From NCBI RefSeq assembly GCF_964204645.1, contig NC_134030.1, forward strand, positions 21,660,210 through 21,724,209: a DNA stretch of 64,000 nt. Reading direction: 5' to 3'. Shown in pieces: positions 17,384 through 29,600 of this stretch; the first letter of the stretch is position 1, and every line of letters begins with the position of its first letter. The position numbers and the translations under genes were made by a program. The notes under the pieces were generated by a model that saw nothing but the letters and a program-made list of their open reading frames with translations, was not told the DNA's origin and made no database searches. Source of the DNA: Tubulanus polymorphus. Lineage: Eukaryota > Animalia > Nemertea.

Positions 17384-18009
17384 AATAACGACGACAACCG
17401 ATTCTCTTGACATTACCACGCTACGCACCCATCCAGCGGAACTTCTATTCCAGCAAAGAGGATTAAAACCAATAGATAAAAATTTTGAATGAATCCATTA
17501 AACCTTCGAAGGCCTGGAGTAGGCTACACTGACGTCCTGTCCAATGATGATATCAGGCCAAATAACCACGATTTCCGAAGTACATTTTCTCTTCGACATT
17601 TTAGCGCGCAAAATGAAATAATTTAAGTTTTTGTGCGGTGATTTGTGCGCGTTCTCGTGGAGGATGAAAAAATATTGATCTATGTCTCGAATCAGCCGCC
17701 ATAGCTACAGAAATGAACTGATTACAAGTTCTTGCAGTTTAGAAAAGTGTTGGACCTGGGCGCCATTCGAGTCCGTGCCGGTGTATTTCCGCCCTAACGG
17801 GGTTTTTTTTACAAATCAGCCGAAATAAACTTGAGAAGGGGGATATTTATCGAAAATGTGAGCTTTGGGGAATTCCGGGAAATCGAAATTCCAATTTTTG
17901 GGGCTTGCACTGCAGCAATAAATCTACATTTCATTGCAATTTGGGTAATGTTTTAGAGCATCCACGAAACGGAAGTGATATTGGAAGAAACAAAATGGCT
18001 GCCTTTTTA

Positions 18010-19085
18010 ATCGCTGAAGGGTTAGGGCCTAGATGGTCCAGGGTTTAGGGTCAAGAGGGTCCAGAGGGTTAGGTTTAGAGATAGAGGTTACGGGACCAAC
18101 CGAAGGTTTGGAGACCCCACTAGTGCACGGGCAACGGGTTATCCCTGTAAAAAAGTAGTAAGAGTTAATTGTTGTAGTGAGGCGGTCTACGGGACGTTGA
18201 TCCCTCGGGGCGTGTTCGTGTCGAGTCGTCGTATCCAGTCTTGTTCGGCTGCTTCGCGGATCGGTCTCGTGGAGCCTGGTAGGTGTTGGAGACCGTACAC
18301 CCGAAAGTGTTGGCGGGTGTGGTCGACCTGGTTGAAGTGGTCCGAGACTGGAGTCGAATTCTTCGTTCTGATGCGAGACGTGATGTGTGACGCGTTCTCG
18401 TAGAGACATTCCGGTTTGGCCGACGTACAGCATGTTGCACTTGGTGCATTCGATGCAGTATATAATTTCACGGGTCGCGCAATTAATTGTGCTGCGGATC
18501 GCGTGCATTTTGTTGTGGCTGCGGCAAACGGTTGTTTCTCGGACGAGTGGACACGTACGACATCTCGGTGTTCTGCATTTATTGGTGCCTCGACGTCGGG
18601 TTGACGGAGTACTCTGAGTAGACCTGGAAATAGAAGAATTGGAAACAACGGAAGTATTTCGGTTAAGATGCGATGAAGAGGGGATTCGGGGAGGGGGTGG
18701 CTCTGTGGGTTTGAGCTGCGACGAAGTTAAGGAGATCTTTGAGACTCTTGTGTTTGGTGTAGGCGGAAACCGTGGTTACCTCGCCGTAGCCAGTTCCGTA
18801 AATCTGGTTCGGATGTTACGGGCTAGGGTTCGGTTGGCTTCGGAGTGAGGTAAGATAAGCGGTAGACGCTTCGGCGGTTCCGGCGTTGGCCCGTTGTTGT
18901 TCTCGTAGATCTCGTTCGGCGTGGTGCCGTAGAGCTTGGCTTTTGATGTGTCGCAGTTCGCGGTCTTTGTAGCCACGACCTCTGAGTACTTTAAGGAGGG
19001 TTCCGGACGCTGCGTGTAGGTCCGAATCGTTATTGCAGATGCGCCTGAACCGGAGAATTTGACTTTTAACTGGGTTGGGTACAGT
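18010..19085 (-). mobile_element. 5'-truncated, frameshifted Neptune-type Penelope-like element (RT thumb, Zn-finger linker, GIY-YIG endonuclease)
   Basis: Translated pieces are VKSQILRFRRICNNDSDL..LLKVLRGRGY (thumb), KCRTPRCRTCP (Cys linker), INCATREIIYCIECTKCNMLYVGQTGMSLRERVTHH and PVSDHFNQVDH..REAAEQDWIRRLDTNTPRGIN* (GIY-YIG). A CCCTAA-rich tail follows. Confidence 0.9.
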
Positions 19086-20665
19086 GGTTAGAGTAAAACG
19101 CTCGTACGCGTACCGATCTTTCGTGTTCGAATCCCAATTTTTCGGTGTTATTTCTAAGTCCCATGTATTCGCGCATGCGCATTGGTTGTTTCGTGGATGC
19201 TCTGAAACATTAAACAACTTGCTATTTCATTGAATTTTGGAAGCGTTAACCAGTCCGAAATCGCCATTTAGGCAGATGAGCATGCGCATTACGGGAGGTC
19301 AGCCCGTGATAGAAGCGAAATGGACAGAACTATGAGTCACACTTGTAGACTGGTTACCTGGAGACCGATAACCAGTCTAAAGGGGAAAACCCAGAAGCTA
19401 TTGATAGCGTTAACAACCCTGGCACAAATTCCATTTAGATTTATTGGCAGAGCAGAATTTTGACCGTTTTTTTAATGATTATTCGAACACGACAGCAAAC
19501 TAGTGACCTTTATTCACTTATCTTTCATTGAATAGTGAGTTTCAAACCCAAACTTAACATGAGAACAGGATAGGTGGGCCTGTTTAACCGCTATTTCGAC
19601 CCCTCTAGTCAGTCAGACTACGCCCCACATCCAGTTTTCATCAACTAGAAATGCTTCAATTTGAAAGTGAAACTAGATAAAGTCTATTTTTGTCTGACAC
19701 CGATTATTTAGGGTTATTTCCGCTAAAATTTTGAATAAATAGACATTAGGATTCAGTTCCACAGTCGTTAGTTAGAGTTATAAACTCTTAATAGTCTTTC
19801 AGACTAAAATTGACCTCATCCTTTTAAAAGAAAAAACTGACGCAAATCTAATACTTTCATCCTCGTGGCCTTAGTTAAAATCAGTGACATTGTCAACGAG
19901 TGATCGTCTCTTAGTTTTGAGTCAAATCTTATCTCAGATCTGTGAACGGTCGGACTCTCGTATTTGGGCCATATGCCACAAATTAGGCAAACTATTTTTC
20001 AACGATCCGATGAATTATTATTTTTCTGACTGAACTTCGCTTACCTTCTTAAACCTCTCTACTACAGATAGCCAGAGCCGGAGGGAATACCTCCCCTTCA
20101 GCCTCGGCCTGTCAGGCCTACACTAAAATGATTAGCGACGAACTCGTACGGAATCGGTGATTTTTATCTAACGGAAGTTCGATGACACGCCATCTTGTGG
20201 CCTATTCCCCGGTCCCGAATTTTGTTGACAGAATTTTATCAGTACTGATAACGGAAATTTAGAAATAATTCCAAATATCCTCTGATAATCACCGTCGGCA
20301 GTCGAGTTTTATCGGCGGTTAGATTTAAACGCGATCAAACAAAACCCGCGACTGAATTCTATTGATAACGAGCACGTGCCAAATTTGGCCCGGAACAACT
20401 GTTCACACGGGTGCCAAATGGGCCCGAGCCTGTTTGGCCCAGGCCAAATTTGGTACCGACCAAAAACGTCGGACCAGCAGGGTCTTAGCCAGAAATGAAT
20501 ATGTACCTATCAAAATTGGAACATCCGAAATAATCAGCCAGTCCAACTCAAGTGGTGCCGCAGGCGACACCCGAGGTGCCCGAGCCTAATTTTAGCACCA
20601 GAAAAATGATTGCATTTGAATTACAAGTTCTTATATTTCTAGGTTGTATGAATGGATGAATCAAT

Positions 20666-23600
20666 ATGAGGAATCAGTCGAGGAATCTGCAGCAGTGTTT
20701 AGTGATCATACTGTTGATTCTAATCCCGAACAACAACAATCCACAAGGGTTTAGAGTCAAGAGAAATACCGGTAAGATACTTTGACACCAGTGCAAGAAC
20801 ATTTCATCGGAGTATCGTGGAAAATGTATTACGTAAAATAAAACTTAAAGGGCAAATGCCATCAAAATAGAATATTGTGTAAAATTCATTTTCAAATGTG
20901 ATGTATTCACAAATATCAAATATGGAACTGGTTTGAATTTTAACGTGATAAAACGACGCAATAAATCGCGAGAGACGATTGGAGTTGTACTGGACAGTGT
21001 GAATGTATTGAATTTTAGTTCAGCCATTACTGAGAAATATGACTTTTAAATCGCTTAGATTTAGCGCTGTAGGTCAGTGAATACCGTGAACAAATGATGT
21101 TTATTTTATTGATCATACATAGGCTACGCGTACTAGCGCGCACATGTGCTTGTGTTGATTGTCGTAGTTAACATCATAAATAGCGCCACCCGTCGGTTGA
21201 ATATGAACTATACGCACGGAGTGAAGGATAAATAGATAACTATTCCGCTAACTATTACGACTAATTTGTGCTCCTTTTTTCAATAAGTCACATCTCGGGT
21301 CGCTATATGTACTAAACTAAAGTTTCTTCTGGTAAAAAAATCGCGGAAAGTACAATTTTGATGGCATATGCTCTTTAACACCAGACTTGGAAACTTGTAT
21401 TTGAAGTACACAATGATAGTAGCTTATCAACCACTTGAACTGGTAAGGCAAAACAAAAATGATACCTTGTTTCTCCGCGCAGCGGCCGGGTCGTTTTATT
21501 GTAAAATATGATAATATTTGTAAACAGTTCATTTTTATAGCTGCCCGGGGTCTGTTCACAACCTCTTCACTACTGCAGATAAGGTAATGCCCCTCACCAG
21601 GACTGGACAGTGTGAATGTATTACCGGGTACAAGAATATTACGTATATTGTGTATTTGATATTTCAGCACCTGATGGAGTTGTACTGAACAGTGTGAATG
21701 TATTACCGGGTACTAGAATATTACGTATATTGTGTATTTGATATTTCAGCACCTGATGGAGTTGTACTGGACAGTGTCAATGTATTACCGGGTACAAGAA
21801 TATTACGTATATTGTGTATTTGATATTTCAGCACCTGATGGAGTTGTACTGGACAGTGTGAATGTATTACCGGGTACAAGAATATTACGTATATTGTGTA
21901 TTTGATATTTCAGCACCTGATGGAGTTGCACTGGGCAGTGTGAATGTATTACCGGGTACAAGAATATTACGTGTATTGTGTATTTGATATTTCAGCACCT
22001 GATGGAGTTGTACTGGACAGTGTGAATGTATTACCGGGTACAAGAATATTACCTATATTGTGTATTTGATATTTCAGCACCTGATGGAGTTGTACTGGAC
22101 AGTGTGAATGTATTACCGGGTACAAGAATATTACGTATATTGTGTATTTGATATTTCAGCACCTGATGGAGTTGTACTGGACAGTGTGAATGTATTACCG
22201 GGTACAAGAATATTACGTGTATTGTGTATTTGATATTTCAGCACCTGATGGAGTTGTACTGGACAGCGTGAATGTATTACCGGGTACTAGAATATTACGT
22301 ATATTGTGTATTTGATATTTCAGCACCTGATGGAGTTGTACTGGACAGTGTCAATGTACTACAGGGTACAAGCATGTTACTGTCGCAGGAAGGTAAAACT
22401 GTTAGTATTACCTGTAAACAGAGCAGCTCTACAGCAACTGGTGTTGAATTCCAGCTACTAGTGAACAGTGGAGCAGGAGGCACCTGGACTCTGTTACATA
22501 CAGCATCAGCACCAGTTTGGGATATTGTACTTGACGCTGGAAAACAGTATAAATGTGTAGCCAAGAATTCTGCTGGAAAGAAGGAAAGTCAAATCTACCA
22601 ATCGGATGTAATCAGTGAGTATTGCCCGTTCTTTTTGACGTAAAGACACAGGTAAACACAAAAAAGTTAAGAGGAAAATCGATCATAGCATGATTGAAGA
22701 AGCCATGTTTTCACATGTGTATCCATAATAAGGGTGGCTCCAAACATGTCTGAATCACGGCAATATGACCAGTCTTAGTTTTCATTGCTATTGTGGATGT
22801 TTTCATTTTTTGATACGGATTCTCTGTGGTTTGATTTCATTCGTCATAAATGTTCACTAATTCATCGTTGTAACTGAAAACCATGTGAAACTGAGAGAAA
22901 CTGTTAATTTAACTTAAGAACCATCCGCGCTTGCCAGGGATTGATTGCTTCCTTCTGAAACTCACTCCCTACCTGGCCAGTCCAATACATCTCCCGAGAT
23001 TTCTTGGGCACATAGGTTGCGGAAGCCAATCAGACACATTGTTTTTACCAGCAGATTCGCTTCGCGTTTGGTTGGCTGGATATATAGACTGGTGACCGCT
23101 TATTGGGCAATGCAATTGACCAATGAAGGGTTTGCGGCCAGGGTTTGTGTTAACGTGAGCTTAAGCGGGCGGCAATCGAACCCTGGCAAGCGAGGATGAT
23201 TCGAACAAAATGCAAAGGACCTGAAACCTCACTGTTTCAGCTCTTAAAAATCGTTCTAATATTTTCATTTATTTGTGTAGAGTTGCCATTTTAAATTTGT
23301 ATTTCATCAATAAAACATAGAGACCGATAATACTTTCATCAGGTGAATGAGTCAAGTACTATCTGTCTCTATGTTCTACTGATTCATTCATTCAGTTCAT
23401 CTTAAATCGATTTAAGAGTTGATGCTTTTCGTTTGCCAGTTTCACTCCGATATAGATTTGATTTGTGAATGTTTTCATGTAAATCTATTATAGGTATAAA
23501 GATAAATGAAAATCCGTGTAAGGCAGCTCAATTCCAACCATCACTGGCTTGTACTTGTAAAGCCACTAGTAAGATTGGTAATCCAAACATCAAAGTAAAA

Positions 23601-26600
23601 TGGTATGCTGATGGAAAACCTAATGATTTAACGGAAATTGACAATATCCGCGATCAAGGGGTAAATACTCCGCTGAAAGATGGAATTATCAACAGGAATC
23701 AGATAGGTTATGAAGCTGTGAAGAAATCAACATTTATTCAATGTCGATTGAGGAAATACAATGAGATACAACTACAGAGACCACTTCAATTTCAAATACT
23801 ACATCAAACTGTGATGGATGTTACGTGTAAGTAAAAAAGACATGTTTATGCCCCAGGCTTGATTTTAACTGAGAGGGGATAGATTTACCCGCGTCGGAAT
23901 ATGCCGTCGCTGCCGCGAGTGACGTTGACAGCCTGGAGGACGCAATTGTTGACCGATTTTTTTCAAACTTGGTACACAACTGGGGCATCACTTTGGCCAG
24001 AACCATATCATAAAGTGGGTCGATGCGGTTCACATTATGGTCACCAGGGGCCGCCATGAGAAACGACGTTAACAGTCTAGAAGCCGCTGTTGTCGACCGA
24101 TTTTCTTAAAACTTCATACATGAGTAGGGCTTCACTTGGGGGAACCCTATTTGAGATTAAGTTGATGCGATTTAAATTATGGCCACCAGGGGAAAACAGC
24201 CCAGAGGCTGCAACTGTTGATCAATTTTTTGATACTTTCTAACGCATTTACCACAAACCCTGTAACTTCACGTGTGGCGGTGAATTTCGGGTCGCTTTGC
24301 CTCATTCTAGTTATGAGAGAATTTCCAGACAATATCATATTGACGTCTGGTATGAGTTAAGGATATTTATACAGGAATGTCCCTGTCATATTTTAGATTG
24401 CCCGACAAACGACTTATGTCGCATGAGACCTGAACAAGTTTCAGGAGTCACTCAAACGTGTCCCCTGATAATCAAACATTAATTAAACATTTATGGGAGG
24501 GTTTAAGTAAAACTTTGTACTGCCCTGGCTTTTGTACAGCCTGATATCAGCCAAACACCTGCCACCACGAATGATATATTTTTCCATATTTAATGGATGA
24601 ACATTTTCTCATAGTTAAACGGGTCCAGTAGAAATATGAAAAGATGATAAAATGATTAAGTAAATAATTAATGATATCTAAAAAGTACATTTATATCTTT
24701 TTCTTTCAGATTTTCCCGATAGAATTCAAAGACGAGGTACTTTCACCGGACAACCTGATATTAAAACTGAAGGAGAAAATGTAGACTATATTTGTAGAAC
24801 AGAAGGTGGGAGGCCCGATCCTACAGTGATATACCAACAGAAGAGAAGAGGTTCTGAACAATGGGAAGCAATTCCTCCTGATCCACAAACTAAAAGAGTA
24901 GCACTCAAAGGGCATTTAAAAGGTTTTGACACGACCTACAAGTTCAAAGCTAATTTCAAACAGCACAATGGAACGTCATTTCGATGTGCTGTAAAGGAGA
25001 ACCTTACGTTTCCAGAACCTCAGCAATTTAATCCAATCATTGTTCATTGTAAGTAACAGATTTATTTGTTGTATTTGAGAAATCTTCCTAAGAATAACAG
25101 CATGGGTGGATCTAGGATTTTTCAAAGGGGGGGGTCTGCGAGACGGGCGATCGAAAATAATTTTATAAAATTGTGAAAAATCCTCGGGAAAATGGTGGAA
25201 TTCGATGAAATCTTGCTGCTGAGTCATAGTGCTGCGGTTACGATGAAGTGATGATAATTCTAATGAGATACCCACACGATTCATGGGGAAATGTATTTAT
25301 CTAAAATGTGTCATTATAATTTACAATTTTGGTTGTATCTTAAACGTTTTCGCAATCGCAAAAATTCAGATTATTTTGATTGGTTAAATGACCGTTTATC
25401 GGACACAGACTATAAAGTTTAGCGGAATGGCTGTAACCGAACGAAAAAGAGGGTCTCATGACAAATATGGGTCGGATCTTCACTGATATAATGACATATA
25501 CACAGCGCTGGGGTGATAGCTGCGCTACTGTAAGATCTGATTCTGAGGCAGAGAAGTACCAATCTCATGGGGCCTACTGCAAATAATCTCAAACCATTTT
25601 CATCTTCGGTTTTCCATAGACAAGTTTTTGAAAATGGCTCATAGATTTGAGTGGAAAGGTCAAACTATCAGATAGTTTTTTTTTTTTTATCGTGGGTTTT
25701 TGTCGACCATTTTCATCTTCTTAATTCAACAAACAGTGCGAGTTATCAGAAACGCTTCATAATTTCGATGTGAAAAGATTTGCTGATCTCGCGCTGAGAC
25801 ATGCTTGCTCGTGGGGGCGGGGGTTTCACGGTTGCGAATTTGATTCCTCAACCGAGTCAATCATGACCTAGCGCGCCGATATCTGCCGAACTGCCGTGAA
25901 GATTAGAGCTATTTACATGAAAAGACCTTTTACAAATTTTTCGGGAGGCATTAGAGGGGGTACAGCTAGCCACCCTATTCACCCCCTAGATCCGCCCCTG
26001 ATAAATGTATAAAGTTTTCCCTGCTACGATACCCCAGGGGCCGGTTGCATAGTCATGGCTTAGACTTAATACCAGTCTAAGACCAACTTAGTTCTATAGC
26101 CAATCTAACTACTTAAGACCAGTCTTAAGATTTAAGACCACTTATGGACTTAAGTCACGACTGTGCAACTGGCCCCAGGCCTTTGTAGACCTATCCGCCC
26201 TTAGTATAGTCAGGAGCGTGGCAGGAATTTCACAATGTCAAGTTCCAATCCCTACCAAGGGAGGAACGTGGCAGAGTCTCACGATGTCATCAGGTTCGAA
26301 TCCCTGCTGAGAGAAGATGGGTCTACTATGACAGGGCTTAAGAACTGTGCTAGGTCAGATATTACTTTTACTAATGTTTTGTTTGTTTTTCAATCAGATT
26401 TTGCTGCACCAGTTTACAAGAAATCCAGTGAAAATGAAACAAATGCAGCGTATATTGTAACAGTCAATAGTAACCCATTGACTCAACAAGTTACATGTGA
26501 CCCTCCAGCTGTCGTTCAAAAACTATCAAACTCTCAGTGGAATATAACGATACCTCTCGTAAATAGTACCACAACTGACTATAGAGGGCAGTGTTTGGCT

Positions 26601-29600
26601 GATGGTAACAAAGAAAGGGTCATTGATGTCGCTGGTTATCATCACGCCGGTCCAACTGATGAACCAGGTAAGATTCCGCGTCAGAACTGGACTTGTTGAC
26701 CCCACTCAGCGCGGGACTTAGGCAAAACGTTTTGTGAAAAACGTGTTTTCTGTTTTGGCGAAACAAATGTTATTTCGTGTGCGGCTAGGTTAATTCTCAA
26801 TTTGAAGCTAAGCTCAGGTCCGTATCATGTTGTCGGAAACGGTCTGCGATGTTTTCATCGGGAATTCTGAAAATTTGATGCGTTTTAGGCGCATTTCCAG
26901 CGAATGTTAGTGAATAGAGTTCATATGAAAAAGTCGCTGAAACACAATGCGTAATCTAATGAATTTTCTTTGACAAAATTAGCGGAACTCGGGATCTTCG
27001 TGGGTTCGCACCCAACACACCCCCCTTGGGTACGGGCCTGATACTATTTCTAATTACAGGGAATATCATGCAGGTGTGAAGTGGCCTAGTTTACAAAGTA
27101 GACCTACAAATCAAAACACGCTCAGTAAAAATGAGACACCGCGTGTGGAAAGTTGTTTATCGATACTTTGGTTTTTTGGATTTTGTACGTAATGTGTCTT
27201 CGATGGTGATTTCTAGGTCATTTCTGCCAACTTTTCAATGATTGAAAAGTTGTATTTTTGAAGAAAAGTTTGATGTACTTTTTTGACATGATGAAGGTGA
27301 AGTTCCTTGTTCCTTTATATTGTTTTACCAATGTATGTGTTATTTTGAATCGCGCCAATATTTGAATTTATAAAGTACTTTGGTAAACAAGGGTCAAGGA
27401 GTATGAACAAGTTCTATTTTCTAAGACCTAATCAAAATGGCCGTAGCCAATCAGTGATGAGTATTACTACCACTGTTCTTACGACTAGATGACCGCGTCA
27501 TAATTCGACCTGAGCTTAGTTTAAGTCGTCTAAATCTAAAGCCATCATCTGGGTAGTCACATAACTGTGGGTCAATTTTTGTTTGCAATTTAATTCACGA
27601 AAATTGTAAAAAAGATTTCGATACGTCAACATAGTGGAGTCTTGTGATGTCATCAGATTTGAATCCCTGCACAGGAAGAACAGGATGACTTGACTCTCAG
27701 TATTAACTGAACTCAGCGTATTACATTCAAATAATACTTTAGCATTTTCTACTTTCTATTTCGAAACTGTTTGACCCGATCGAGGAACTGTTAGTTGTTC
27801 GCATTTCGAAAACAACTTATTTACTTTATTTAGACGCTATTTGAGCTTTGAAATTATGGAACAATAAATTTTTGTTTGACCTAGTTAATTATTCAATTCA
27901 ATTGCTGTTACTTTTATCAATAGTTACAATAGAATAATTTCTAGCTTTATATAATTCAATTGCTGATTTGTTTGAATTTCAGTTCCAGATGAAGGGATTG
28001 GGGGAATAGTGTTTGGTGTACTGATATTACTGATTCTGATAATACTGTTTATACTGTGTCTTTGTGGCTGCTGTAAGTTTGACCTAAAACCATCATTTAA
28101 TCTGAAAAACAATAACAGACAAACTTGAAATAAAATACTGTGTTATTTCTAATTGACAGTGCGGTGCAGAAAACCTGATGATCAACTGTGTAGATGTGGA
28201 AATTGTAAGTCCTGTAATAATTCATTATACATAATGCTTAAAATTGAAAAAAATAGTTTACAAGGCTGGAGGGAGTCAAGGGTCCCAAGGTGGTACACAG
28301 TTGATTCTCGATTCTCAGTCAAAATTTTAAATTTCGGGACCCTAGTTGCAGAGTCTTATTCAAAAAGTGGTCGTAAAGTATTAGACTGGTCTTAAATTGT
28401 TAGATTGGTTATAGAAACCAAAATGAGCTTAGACTGATCTTAAGCTGTTAGATTGGCTATAGAACCGAAATCAGCTTAGACTGGTCTTAAGCTGTTAGAT
28501 TGGTTATAGAAACCAAAATCAGCTTAGACTGATCTTAAGTGGTTAGATTGGTTATAGAACTAAAATGAGCTTAGACTGGTCTTAAGCTGTTAGATAGGCC
28601 ACAGAACTAAAACTGTCTTAAACTGGTCTTGAATCTAAGCCATCACTGTGCAAATGGCCCTATTACAAAACATTTAGTTCATTGTCGATTGAAATGATTG
28701 TACACTGACAAGACTGTTCCCGACAGTGGCAGATAATTGAGAGTTCATGAGATCTGAAATTATAGCCTCACCTCTAGATATGCTTGATATTGCATACATG
28801 GGTTCAAGATCAATATAATTTTGTGTGCTCGCATTTGAACGGAAAAATGATAATTCAAAAAATAATTAGTCACTCCAAACATAAAAATACTGTATTTTGT
28901 TTTCCAGTGCTGTGTATCTATAGAAAACCTGCTGATAAACTGTTTAGATGTATTTGTCGCACCGAGGACTCGTCGGACGATGAACTATGTGTTTGTTGTT
29001 GCTGTAAGTGTCATAGAAAAATACCATCGTAGAATCGTAGAAAGGATTATCGCAAATTAGAATAATTTGTTTGTTTGTTTTAAGTGACTTGCAAATTACC
29101 TGCTGCCGATGAACCTGATAGTAAGGATGCCTCCTCAGATGAACTGTGTCATTGTTGTTGCTGTGAGTTCTATATATAAACTGATAATGATTAATAGTCA
29201 GTAACTGTAGAATAAACTGTTGTATTATTTCTATTTGCAGTGGTGTTGAGAAGTGAGCCGTGTACATGTAATTGCTGTAAGTTGTATTAACATTGAAAAC
29301 ATTGATGATTGATCCTGCAAAATTAACTGTTATTGTCATTGGACATTCATACAATTGAATTCAAAGTCTAAGAGTGTTTGAGAGTCTTCGTTCACAGTTG
29401 GTATTGATGTTAATAATCTTCAGACCGAGTTCATCGTAGATGATTAAAATCAGTTTTGTTTAAACACGAGAAAGTTTCACAGTATCATCAGTTCAATTGT
29501 GGCCTCAAAATGAATCATAGCATTAGCTACGTTTATGGATAGCATTAATATTATCCTATTTCTCTGGTGGATCAGTTGGTTAGGTTTTGTTGTGTGTCAG

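Noticed and set aside
21600-22350. CRISPR-like array (also considered for 44706-45877 and 32995-33741)
   Set aside because: The units are contiguous near-identical repeats with no unique spacers, there are no cas genes, and the context is eukaryotic.
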